Positions 1-8,257 of a stretch of 64,000 nt of DNA are shown piece by piece. The notes beneath the pieces were generated by a model, which saw only the letters and a program-made list of their open reading frames with translations, had not been told where the DNA came from and searched no databases. Location of the stretch: positions 1 to 64,000 of IMG/VR virus record IMGVR_UViG_3300028805_000074; one strand, written 5' to 3'. The DNA is from a virus (taxonomy: Duplodnaviria > Caudoviricetes). The first letter of the stretch is position 1. Each line of letters starts with the position of its first letter. A program made the translations under genes and the position numbers.

Positions 1-174
1 GAACTAAAGGCAGTAAGCCATACAACCGACGAGCATGTGCGTCAACTGTGGAGCTACCTGAACATCACCCACAAAGAGTATGGCATGCTGATAAATTTCG
101 GTTCAAAGCATCTGTACTCCATCTGGTACCGCCGCTATCCCGACGGGCGTATCGAGCAAATCCGTTTGTATTAA
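1..174 (+). CDS. GxxExxY (PD-(D/E)XK-like) family protein, 3' fragment
   Basis: Frame 1 translates ELKAVSHTTDEHVRQLWSYLNITHKEYGMLINFG...IRLY*, matching the ELKAV..H..QL..YL..T....G.LINFG C-terminal signature; truncated by the window start. Confidence 0.75.
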   Translation, partial: ELKAVSHTTDEHVRQLWSYLNITHKEYGMLINFGSKHLYSIWYRRYPDGRIEQIRLY

Positions 175-262
175 CACAATAACCTTCGGGCGTCAGCCAT
201 AATTTTAATAATAATTTTAAAAATAATTTCAAGCGAAGCGCCCCTAAACACCCAAAACAACA

Positions 263-1141
263 ATGAAAGCAATCAAGAATCTCTGCGCCCTGTGCGCACT
301 CAGCATGGCACTCGTCGCCTGCGAGAAACCCATCCTCGACACAGAGGACAGTAACGAACCCCTTGGCAACGTGACCCTCACGTTCAGCGCTCACGGCGCA
401 ACAACACGCGCCGCCGCCACCGACATTGGCACCTGCTTCTCGAAGCTCAACGTCATGCTGTTCAATGCCGACGGCACGAAATACTTCGACAAGGTGCGGA
501 CACAGTTCTCCACCGACGAGAACTTCGGACAGCTATCGCTCACGCTGCCAGCCGGGGAGTACGGCGTGGTGGCCGTCGGACACTCGTCGGCCAAGAGTGC
601 CACCATCAAGAGCATGGAGATGGTGCAGTTCACGGCTACCGACGGCCAGAAACTGACGGACACCTTCTGCTATGGCGGCACCGTGACCGTGGGCGAAGCA
701 CCCGAGCAGCACCAGCTCACGATGAACCGCATGGGCGCAATGGTCCGCTTCCAGTTCACCGACGAGGAAATCCCCGCTCAGCTCACGCACGTCAAGTTCG
801 ACTATACTGGCGGCTCGGCCAACTTCAACCCCACCACTTCGGAGGGCACCACGAAATCGACACAATCAGAGACGCGCCCTGTCTCAGCCGATGATGTCTA
901 TGAAATCTACACGTTCCCCTATCTCTCCTCCTCCGGCACGCTGAAAGTCACCATCACCGCTCTCACCGCCCAAGGCGACGTGATCAAGAAGCGAACCCTC
1001 GATGCCGTCCCGGTGACGCGCAACCGCATCACCTCATACACCGGAAAATTATTCTCAGATGAGGATGGTGTTATCACGCAGTCCGGCTTCGGCTTCACGG
1101 TCAACGGAACGTGGGAAGGGGAGGACGAGCATGAGTTCTGA
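263..1141 (+). CDS. Lipoprotein, FimB/Mfa2-like fimbrial family
   Basis: Signal peptide with lipobox LVA-C, ATTRA motif, beta-rich body, C-terminal VPVTRNRITSYTGKLF typical of Bacteroidales type V pilin/anchor proteins. Confidence 0.65.
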   Translation: MKAIKNLCALCALSMALVACEKPILDTEDSNEPLGNVTLTFSAHGATTRAAATDIGTCFSKLNVMLFNADGTKYFDKVRTQFSTDENFGQLSLTLPAGEYGVVAVGHSSAKSATIKSMEMVQFTATDGQKLTDTFCYGGTVTVGEAPEQHQLTMNRMGAMVRFQFTDEEIPAQLTHVKFDYTGGSANFNPTTSEGTTKSTQSETRPVSADDVYEIYTFPYLSSSGTLKVTITALTAQGDVIKKRTLDAVPVTRNRITSYTGKLFSDEDGVITQSGFGFTVNGTWEGEDEHEF

Positions 1142-1200
1142 AAGTGGGAATTACGCCCCATGTTCCCGTATGATGCAAGGACGTGGGGCGTTTTCAATGT

Positions 1201-1704
1201 TTAGATGATTATCTGGATGCCCATCAAGCAGTCGATGCGGAACTGTACGGAGGTCTTCGCGCCGTCACGGTCAACGGTGCAGAGGTAGGTGTCTTTGCTG
1301 CCTTGCACGAAGGCGCGGCTCTGGTCGCGGAAGGTGAGCAGCAGATGGCTGGGGGTGCGCTCCAGCGTGAGCAGATGATCAAGGACGGTCATTCCGTTGG
1401 CATTGCGGCTCAGGTCGCGGTCGTCTATCTGACAGCTAACCGTCACCTTGTGCAGGCGGCCAGCAGTCTGGTCGCTTTCGTCATCCTTGGCCTTGCCCGT
1501 GAGGCGCATGATGGGGACGAGGGTGCCGCCGGTGGTGGCGGGTTGCTGTCCGATGGTGACGGCACCGGTGAGGGTGGGGGAAAAAGCAGCTACGGCGATG
1601 ACGGGCTGTAACTGCCATCCAGAGAAACCAGGATTGAAGTCGGTGACGGGGATGGCGGTGATGGCCATGAGGTCGTCGAGGAAAAATTCTTTGCAGGAGG
1701 GCAT
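1201..1704 (-). CDS. Hypothetical phage protein (possibly structural)
   Basis: Clean ORF; ATG at 1704 follows an A-rich leader (track start 1728 is TTG); preceded by the late-type motif. Confidence 0.65.
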   Translation of the reverse strand: MPSCKEFFLDDLMAITAIPVTDFNPGFSGWQLQPVIAVAAFSPTLTGAVTIGQQPATTGGTLVPIMRLTGKAKDDESDQTAGRLHKVTVSCQIDDRDLSRNANGMTVLDHLLTLERTPSHLLLTFRDQSRAFVQGSKDTYLCTVDRDGAKTSVQFRIDCLMGIQIII

Positions 1705-1714
1705 ATTTTTTTTG

Positions 1715-1752
1715 CGAAAATATCGCAAAATACCGGACGGAAATCAAGGGCA
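1715..1752 (-). promoter_or_regulatory. Putative phage late promoter, copy 1 (degenerate second box)
   Basis: TGCCCTTGATT at 1752-1742, 16-nt spacer, then CGATATTTTCG. Confidence 0.45.
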
Positions 1753-2139
1753 GACGGGGCAGAGGAGCGGCAGGATGCCGTCGTAGGCCACCTGTCCGAG
1801 GTAGCCCTGGAGATAGGCTGCGTCTTCGGTGCCTTGTGACACGTCGTAGTACTGGAGGATGGCGTCTTGCAGGTGGTCGAACTCGTGCAGGAGGGAGTTG
1901 AGGAACTGCGAGGGGTGGGTAACGCGGCCTACAACAAGGACGGACATGCGCGCCCAGGGGACGTTGAAGATGAACGCCTTGTTGGTGTAGTGGATGGTCT
2001 GCCAGGCTTTTTCTATTTCCTGTTCTGGGCAGGAGAACTCACGGAGAATTGGGCCGAGCTGTGAGAAGTCGGCGGGGATGACGTCATAGTAGGCCAGAAT
2101 GCCCCAATGACGGTCGATGTCTAAGTAGTCGCGGGTCAT
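1744..2139 (-). CDS. Hypothetical protein with HExxH motif (metallopeptidase-like)
   Basis: LLHEFDHL followed by a downstream E-x-A-A-Y segment. Confidence 0.6.
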   Translation of the reverse strand: MTRDYLDIDRHWGILAYYDVIPADFSQLGPILREFSCPEQEIEKAWQTIHYTNKAFIFNVPWARMSVLVVGRVTHPSQFLNSLLHEFDHLQDAILQYYDVSQGTEDAAYLQGYLGQVAYDGILPLLCPVCP

Positions 2140-2143
2140 TTTA

Positions 2144-2171
2144 AGTGAAGAGTGAAAAGTGAAGAGTGAAG
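2144..2171. repeat. Heptamer tandem repeat (AGTGAAR)x4
   Basis: agtgaag agtgaaa agtgaag agtgaag; related heptamer runs at 8664-8689, 36144-36162, 44483-44573. Confidence 0.8.
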
Positions 2172-2188
2172 AATTTGCTACCGCGCTG

Positions 2189-2212
2189 GGCTGCCGTGTT
2201 ACAGCATCATAC
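2189..2212. repeat. Degenerate copy of GGCTGCCGTGACACGGCAGCATAC palindrome
   Basis: ggctgccgtgttacagcatcatac; other copies at 6383-6406 and 8275-8298. Confidence 0.6.
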
Positions 2213-2218
2213 CGAACA

Positions 2219-2638
2219 TTAAATCATGTCTTCCCAATAGGGGAGGTAGTGAGGACCGAGACCACAGAGGTCTGACATCCATCGGTCGAAGAGATAGCCT
2301 TCGGCCTTGTCTACATCGTCGATGTAGTCTTTGATGGCGAGAGCGTGATGCTTGGCGTCGATGATACTGGAGCCGAGCTGGTCGGACTTCACCATGTTTG
2401 CGACGAACACATGATCGTAGAGGACGTTGTTTTTCAATTCAACACCGTGGGTTTTCAGGAGGGTGTCAACTTCCTCGCGGGTCATGGGAGTGATGCGGAC
2501 GGGCTTGCCGTCTGGACCAGCCTTCATCATCAGCGAGACAGCGTAGTCGCAAAGAGGCTTGGAGAAATGGTGACCATACTGGGCAAGATAGGCTCGCAGC
2601 CCACTGGGCAGTATATCGTATTGTCGTAAATCGTTCAT
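2219..2638 (-). CDS. Conserved hypothetical phage protein
   Basis: 139-aa ORF with YL..YG.HF..KLCDYAVS.M and YIDDVD..EG..FDRW..D motifs that I recognise from Bacteroidales phage proteins. Confidence 0.7.
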   Translation of the reverse strand: MNDLRQYDILPSGLRAYLAQYGHHFSKPLCDYAVSLMMKAGPDGKPVRITPMTREEVDTLLKTHGVELKNNVLYDHVFVANMVKSDQLGSSIIDAKHHALAIKDYIDDVDKAEGYLFDRWMSDLCGLGPHYLPYWEDMI

Positions 2639-2680
2639 ATTTATTATTACGTTATATCGTTATTGTGGAGTTTCAAAGAT

Positions 2681-2740
2681 AAAAACGGGCGGGCGGCGGG
2701 ATTGCCACGGCGGAGAAACACCATGCACCGGCGCCCGCCC
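2681..2740 (-). terminator. Possible intrinsic terminator or processing stem
   Basis: gggcgggcg (2687-2695) pairs with cgcccgccc (2732-2740); T-run follows on the minus strand; large loop. Confidence 0.35.
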
Positions 2741-2749
2741 AAGGGGAGA

Positions 2750-3115
2750 TTAGTAGCCGCGACGGTCGTTGCCGCCGGCGTAGGCGGGATTCTCGCGGAA
2801 GTGACCGAAGGGTGCATTGCCCTCGCGGTAGTAACCACCGCTCATGTCGTAGCCGCCGCGATAGCCGCCCGACATGTCATAGACACCACGGTAGTTGGAG
2901 CCGCCACCGTAGTTGCGGTAGCCCACGTTGCCACCCCAGCCGTTCATGCCGTAGCCGCCGCGATAGCGGCCGTTGCGCTCCTGAATCTCATGGAGTTCAG
3001 GCATGTGCTCGGCAAGTTTCTCCCAAAGGTCACAGGCCGCTTCCTTGGCGTTCTGCGCCAGTTCGACGAGTTCGCGCTTGTCGTGCTCGTCGCGAAATTC
3101 TATACCTAAAATCAT
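2750..3115 (-). CDS. Hypothetical protein, helical N-terminus plus Gly/Tyr/Arg low-complexity tail
   Basis: ATG at 3115 (MILGIEF); repeats GGYRGGYDMSGGY. Confidence 0.7.
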   Translation of the reverse strand: MILGIEFRDEHDKRELVELAQNAKEAACDLWEKLAEHMPELHEIQERNGRYRGGYGMNGWGGNVGYRNYGGGSNYRGVYDMSGGYRGGYDMSGGYYREGNAPFGHFRENPAYAGGNDRRGY

Positions 3116-3166
3116 AGTCGTAATGGGTATTAAGGCGCGGCGGAGCGACCCGCCGCGCACGGATTC

Positions 3167-3721
3167 CTACTTGGTCTTCGACGAGGACGAGATGCTCTTC
3201 TGCAGGTTCTGCATCATGTTCATCATCGTGTTCATGGTGTTTACCACGTCGCCCATCTGTCCTTTCAGGTTGGCGATATCCTGCTTCTGCTCTTCCTCCT
3301 CTTTGTAGCGAGGATTGAGCGACATCAGGAACTCTTTGCCTTTCACCATAACCGCATCGTCATAGGGCCGTTCCTCTATTCGCTTCCTGGCCTTTTGCAT
3401 CATGGCATCTACTGCGGGCAGCATGCCTTCAGTCGTGCAACTGATAGTAGTCTGTCCGTTGTTGTACGTGGCTGTCGAAGCAGTCGGAGAGAGGTTGGAG
3501 AACGGAACGTCCTCATTACCCATGTGGACTACAATCTCCACAACGGGCTGCATCATGTTCGTACCGGCATAGATACTGGGCGTTGCACCAGGTGTCTGTG
3601 TCATATACATTGGCTTTGGTTCTGGCTTGTTGGCCACCGTTGCAACGGTAAGTTGTGGTTCGGTGCCGCCTTCCTGAAGGATATAGATGGGAGAACCTTG
3701 CTTTAGACTTTGGAAATCCAT
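3167..3721 (-). CDS. Hypothetical protein, beta N-domain plus C-terminal coiled coil
   Basis: 184-aa ORF, ATG with A-rich leader, operon context. Confidence 0.7.
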   Translation of the reverse strand: MDFQSLKQGSPIYILQEGGTEPQLTVATVANKPEPKPMYMTQTPGATPSIYAGTNMMQPVVEIVVHMGNEDVPFSNLSPTASTATYNNGQTTISCTTEGMLPAVDAMMQKARKRIEERPYDDAVMVKGKEFLMSLNPRYKEEEEQKQDIANLKGQMGDVVNTMNTMMNMMQNLQKSISSSSKTK

Positions 3722-3750
3722 GTTGTTTTACTTTTTTGTGTTGGTTAATA

Positions 3751-3777
3751 GCAGGCTGCGGAGTTTCCGCAGCCTGC
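3751..3777. other. Perfect intergenic hairpin (12-bp stem)
   Basis: gcaggctgcgga-gtt-tccgcagcctgc. Confidence 0.7.
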
Positions 3778-3783
3778 GGAAGA

Positions 3784-4128
3784 TTAGACGACGGTGCGGC
3801 TCATCAGTTGGAGGATGCCATTGCCAGCGTCGTTGAAGACGGTGAACACACCGGTGCCGCCAATCAGCTCGGCCACTGTGACGGGCGTGCCGTCGAAGAG
3901 CGTGAGCTGTCGTGTCTGGCCGTTGCGGGTCAGCGTGACGGGCAGCGTGGTCGTAGTACCGGCAGGAATGGCATCGGTGAGACGCACGGTGAAGTAACCT
4001 ACGGGCGGCAGCGGACGGCGGTTGAAGCCGAGGGCGATGTCTACAGCCGTTGTGCCAACGGTGGTGTTGGTGGACTGTAGATAGGGAATGCCGCCCTGGT
4101 TCGTTGGAATATTGAAATTACATCCCAT
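3784..4128 (-). CDS. Hypothetical small beta-rich protein
   Basis: 114-aa Thr/Val-rich ORF; GGAGG before the ATG. Confidence 0.7.
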   Translation of the reverse strand: MGCNFNIPTNQGGIPYLQSTNTTVGTTAVDIALGFNRRPLPPVGYFTVRLTDAIPAGTTTTLPVTLTRNGQTRQLTLFDGTPVTVAELIGGTGVFTVFNDAGNGILQLMSRTVV

Positions 4129-4145
4129 AGCTCACCTCCTTCCGC

Positions 4146-5222
4146 TTAAAAACCGTAGTTGCCGCCGTAACCGCCGAACATTCCGTTGGGGTAGATGCCG
4201 CCGCTGACGTAGGGCGTAGCGTTGACAGCCACCAAGTTCGGATACTGCACGCTCACGGTGTTAGGCAACTTGCACTTGATATCGTCCACCTCCTTGTTCA
4301 GTCCTGCGAGGGCTGCGTTGACAGGTCCGAGGCTCTGACCGACCACGCTGGCGATGTACTGGTTCTGGTTCAGTTGACTGATCTCACCCTTCAGGGCGGT
4401 GTTCTTGTCGCGCTCAGCCTCCAGTTTGTCCTGCAGCGTCTGGGTCTGCATCTCGGCGAGTTTGCCGAGGATGGCCTGCGTCGAGGCGTTCTGTCCGTCA
4501 CGCAGTGTATAGGTCTGTTGACAGACATTCAAGTCGTCACGACCCTGGTTTAGGGCCATCTGCGTCTGGATGCCGCTGATGCCGCGCTCCACGCCGTTGA
4601 ATCCCTGGTTCAGGCCCATTGTCACGCCAGTGAAACCAGCGTTCATGCCCTGCTGCAGCTGCGAGGTCTGCTCGGCGATAGCGAACTTATTATCGCAGCA
4701 GCACTGACAGAGCTGCTGGCTCAGGGCTGCGTTGCCTGCCTGGATGCTGTTGATGATTTGCAGCGGAGTCATGCCCTGCTGAGCAGCAATCTGTGCGAGA
4801 GCAGACTGCACAGCCTGAATGCCGCCGTAGACCTGATTGAAGTCCTGACCAAGCATGGTGCTCAACGTCTGTGTAGCCTGACGGCTCTGCTCGCCCTGCG
4901 AGGTAACGGCCTGCATGATGAGGTCGCGCTCGTTGGTGGCGTTGATCTGATTGGAGAGCATTGCTGCTCCGCCGTAGCCTCCCATGCCGTCACCGTTACC
5001 GTACCAGCCGAACATGCGTGCGAGAATGCCCATGGCGAACAACTCAGTAATGTTGTTCATATTCATGGCATTCCAGCCGCCGTAGCCACCGCCGAAGCCG
5101 CCGAAGCCCATACCGCCACCCATGCCCGCTCCGAGTATGAAGGGCACGATGCCGTTGGCGAGCGCATTGCCTCCATTGCCTCCGTTAGAGTCAGGAATGG
5201 AAAAAACTTTCATGTCACTCAT
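4146..5222 (-). CDS. Gly-rich/Gln-rich coiled-coil protein with CQCCC motif
   Basis: Hydrophobic Gly-rich N-terminus, long Q/N heptad region, QLCQCCCDNK, aromatic Gly-rich C-terminus. Confidence 0.75.
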   Translation of the reverse strand: MSDMKVFSIPDSNGGNGGNALANGIVPFILGAGMGGGMGFGGFGGGYGGWNAMNMNNITELFAMGILARMFGWYGNGDGMGGYGGAAMLSNQINATNERDLIMQAVTSQGEQSRQATQTLSTMLGQDFNQVYGGIQAVQSALAQIAAQQGMTPLQIINSIQAGNAALSQQLCQCCCDNKFAIAEQTSQLQQGMNAGFTGVTMGLNQGFNGVERGISGIQTQMALNQGRDDLNVCQQTYTLRDGQNASTQAILGKLAEMQTQTLQDKLEAERDKNTALKGEISQLNQNQYIASVVGQSLGPVNAALAGLNKEVDDIKCKLPNTVSVQYPNLVAVNATPYVSGGIYPNGMFGGYGGNYGF

Positions 5223-5292
5223 AATTGTAAAGTGTTTGTGTTGGTGAATAAATAATGTGAACTGTAGCGGAAGTCCTTTCGGAAATCCGCCA

Positions 5293-5300
5293 CAAATTTA
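5293..5300 (-). promoter_or_regulatory. Bacteroidetes primary-sigma -7 box for the CQCCC operon
   Basis: TAAATTTG (TAnnTTTG) on the minus strand ~70 nt upstream of ATG 5222; no clear -33 box. Confidence 0.5.
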
Positions 5301-5384
5301 GACACAAAAACACTGCTATAAAAGGAAAAGCCTGCACTTCGACCGAAGGTGGCCTTTCCTTATAGAATCATCTGTTTCAAACCC

Positions 5385-5615
5385 TTACGAAATCGGTGTT
5401 TTGAGGTGATTGATGATGTTGTAGACCTGCCTGTCGGTTATCTTGTATCTGTCGGCCAGCGTCAGCATCACCTCCTTGCGGGAGCCCGTTGTTTCAGACA
5501 ATTCCAAGTAGTCGCGGTATAAATCGCAATACTTATAGTCATCCAACTTTACTCCAACTTCCTTCAATCTTTGAAGTACTTCGCGGTTAAAAATAACTAA
5601 ATCTGCAATAATCAT
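5385..5615 (-). CDS. Small HTH DNA-binding protein (Mor/C-like C-terminus)
   Basis: ATG at 5615, 76 aa; LADRYKITDRQVYNII helix-turn-helix. Confidence 0.65.
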   Translation of the reverse strand: MIIADLVIFNREVLQRLKEVGVKLDDYKYCDLYRDYLELSETTGSRKEVMLTLADRYKITDRQVYNIINHLKTPIS

Positions 5616-5639
5616 AACTAATATTTGTAAAAATGTTAT

Positions 5640-5784
5640 TAACTTTGCAGCGCTTACATACATACGCCACAGTTCCACATTGGCCGAAGTGACCCTTAGA
5701 AAGAGGCAACTTCCGATAGCCGATGTGGAACTTGGCACAAATGTATGTAAGCAGTACAATAGTCGGAAGCCCTCTTTCTTTTTT
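5640..5784 (+). ncRNA. Candidate structured ncRNA or cis-regulatory RNA
   Basis: TAACTTTG box at 5640-5647, then a ~100-nt rod (5652-5663 with 5741-5752 perfect 12 bp; 5671-5684 with 5719-5732); alternative pairing 5698-5717 with 5762-5779 then a T-run. Confidence 0.45.
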
Positions 5785-5832
5785 AGTTCTTTATGCTGTT
5801 GGCAGCCGGATGGTATTCATTGATTTCTGTGT

Positions 5833-6366
5833 TTAAGTTGTTAAGATGTAAGTAATATCAGAGCCGATGATGGCGGCGTAACAAATGACCTCAGAGATTA
5901 GCACACCCTTGCCATCGACCCATTCTTGCTTACGACAGGAATATGCTGCCAAAGGTAAGACGAACCATCCAAACAGCCACCATGGGCAGATAAGCCATAC
6001 GTCGATCTGCGAGATGAAGCCTGCGGAGATGGCGAGGACATAATGCCACACACGGTGCTCCGTATCGAACAGAGGCCACACGGCGACGAATCCGAGCATG
6101 GCCATCGGCAGGAAGCCGAGGATGCCAAACCCTCGCCGGTCGAGGATCTCGATGACCGGGGCGAAGGTCAGCACATCCACGAGGACGAGCCACAGCGACC
6201 ACAGCCACCGCCACCCGCCCTGGCTGGGCAGCAGGTAGACCATCGCGCTGATGCTGTCGGGCAGCGACTGCGACCACGGCTTACGTTCAAGCCAGTGGAT
6301 CATCCCGATGGCCGCGCCCACACCAAGCGCGACCAAGAGGATGGAAAGGATAATCATTGTTGTCAT
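5833..6366 (-). CDS. Multi-pass membrane protein
   Basis: About five hydrophobic segments; P.SIS motif after TM1. Confidence 0.7.
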   Translation of the reverse strand: MTTMIILSILLVALGVGAAIGMIHWLERKPWSQSLPDSISAMVYLLPSQGGWRWLWSLWLVLVDVLTFAPVIEILDRRGFGILGFLPMAMLGFVAVWPLFDTEHRVWHYVLAISAGFISQIDVWLICPWWLFGWFVLPLAAYSCRKQEWVDGKGVLISEVICYAAIIGSDITYILTT

Positions 6367-6382
6367 AAGCGTTACTGTTTAT

Positions 6383-6406
6383 GGCTGCCGTGACACGGCA
6401 GCATAC
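6383..6406. repeat. Perfect palindrome GCTGCCGTG-A-CACGGCAGC
   Basis: 9-bp arms at 6384-6402; degenerate copies at 2189 and 8275. Confidence 0.75.
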
Positions 6407-6442
6407 TCAACAAGGACATGGCGGCAAAACCGCCCTGCACAC

Positions 6443-7036
6443 TTATTCTTCGGCGGGCTCCTGCTGCTGGCCGTTATCTTCTGTTGCAGGGAACAATGCC
6501 TCATAGGGTGCCCAGTCGATGCCGTCCTTCTCTATCCAGCCTGCACTGTACTGCGCCTCGATGTAGTCCTGACCGCCGAGTACAAACTGCTCCAGTTCGT
6601 CGCTGTCGGCAAAGTGCTCGTAGACGGCAGCCTTGGTCTCGTCGTTTTCGCTGATCTTGTAGGTCATGGGCCACGTCACGCTGTAGGGTTTGGCGATGGC
6701 ACGGTCGTACTTAGCCTTGAAGTTGGTCTGGTTCTCCTTTGAAAGCCAGACTTTCACTGTCTTACCTGCATCGTCGCCGTGCAGGACTGTCCACTCGTAG
6801 CCGCTGGTGATGCGCTCTACGGTACGTGCGTCGATGTCGGCGATGATGGCATCCTTGACCGTCTGCAGGGTGACGATGGGGTACTGCTTCTTGTAGAGCG
6901 TCACCTCACGCCATTTGTACTGGCCCTCCTGACCGTCTACTGGTGTCAGGCCGTAGCCTACGCGCACTGCGCTGCCCATGGACTCCACGTATGCGAAGTC
7001 CTGCCGGGTGCCTTGCTTGATGTTTTCTGTTGTCAT
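6443..7036 (-). CDS. Phage protein, tail-fibre assembly/DUF4376-like
   Basis: I..G..W....VWLS.ENQ.NFK and G.IEKD.IDW..Y pattern; lies downstream of the fibre/DGR cassette. Confidence 0.5.
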   Translation of the reverse strand: MTTENIKQGTRQDFAYVESMGSAVRVGYGLTPVDGQEGQYKWREVTLYKKQYPIVTLQTVKDAIIADIDARTVERITSGYEWTVLHGDDAGKTVKVWLSKENQTNFKAKYDRAIAKPYSVTWPMTYKISENDETKAAVYEHFADSDELEQFVLGGQDYIEAQYSAGWIEKDGIDWAPYEALFPATEDNGQQQEPAEE

Positions 7037-7071
7037 AATTGTAATGTATTAAATGGTGAATAAAAATGTTG

Positions 7072-8257
7072 TTACTTATGTCTGGTCATTTTGGTCATCT
7101 GAGGATCAAACCAGCCTATCCGCAGGAACTCGGGACGATAGAACAGTTCCAGGCGCAGGTGGTATGAGGCGGTGTGCGCCATGATGCCGAGGTAGGAGTT
7201 GACGGACCGCACCACCTTGTCCCTGTCCGAGAAGTCCATCTCTGCAAGATGCTCGCGCATACGCTGCAGCGTGGCGTTGGAGAGGTAGATGCGGTAGGGC
7301 TTGATAAAGGCACCGAGGAACTCCACACCCTGACTGGCCTCGCTGATGCGCACCTTGCCGAGATGAAGTTCCAGCGAAAGCTCCTCCTTTAGGAACTTCT
7401 GTATGCGCGGTACCAAAGACAGCAGCCACTCGCGGTCGCAGCTCACGATGTAGAAGTCGTCCACATAGCGGCCGTAGCGGCGGCAGTGGAGCTCGCGCTT
7501 GCAGAACTGGTCGAGCAGGTTGAGATATACATTGCTGAACAGCTGCGATGTCAGGTTGCCGATTGGCAGCCCGCAGCCCTCCTCGGTGCAGAAGAGCGAC
7601 TTGGCCGGGTCGAGACCGGCCCATGCCTCGGCTGGCATCGCCCGCTCGCACGACGTCTTCGGGTCGAGCATGACGATGAGCTCCGTCAGCCACTTCACGA
7701 ACCGCATGTCCAAGGCCTGCTCCCATGTCACCACCGAGCCGTGACGCATGTCCTTCGGCAGTTTGTGCTTGGCCATCTGGTCGAGCGTCCGCAGGCAAAT
7801 CTCCAGCAGCCGCTCCCGGCGTATGTGCATGAAGTAGCCACGTATGTCGAGCTTCAGGATATAGCAGCGGCGCGTCCAGTTCCGGCTCTCCCGTCGTATA
7901 TGGTCCGACAGTCGTAATACGCCATCCAGCGTTCCACGGCCCTCGATGCACGAGTACGAGTCGCGGATGAACGTCGCCTCGTAGAGACGGTGCGTCCAGT
8001 TGAAGTAGAGGTGATGGACCACACGGTCCGGAAAACTGGGCTGCAAACACCTCCCTCTGCTTGGGCTTGAAGACGATGAAGCACTTCGACGGCAGCGGTA
8101 CGTAAATCATCAGCCACAGCGCGAGGGCCAGGCGCAGCAGGCTCCACCGCAGCGACTCGTAGAACCGCCGCACGTATGACATCTGGCGCTTGTGTCTGGC
8201 AGCATCGGCGGCGGCCACCGTCAGGTCGCGCAGCAGCATGGGGAATGTCAGCTTCAT
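7072..8257 (-). pseudogene. DGR reverse transcriptase, split by a +1 frameshift at 8032-8035
   Basis: N-part MKLTFP...KPKQREVFAAQF (from 8257) and C-part PDRVVHH...LKLDIRGYF...GLPIGNLTSQ...YGRYVDDF...FLG are in different frames; deleting one T from CAG-TTTT-CCG gives a 394-aa RT. Confidence 0.9.

Noticed and set aside
8110-8160. Very A-poor, hydrophobic stretch in the RT N-terminus as self-mutagenesis by the DGR
   Set aside because: It lies outside the TR and there is no template copy to compare, so it cannot be supported from this sequence
7072-8257. RT as group II intron, retron or Abi RT
   Set aside because: Short length, IGNLTSQ motif, no maturase or endonuclease domain, and an adjacent TR/VR pair identify a DGR RT
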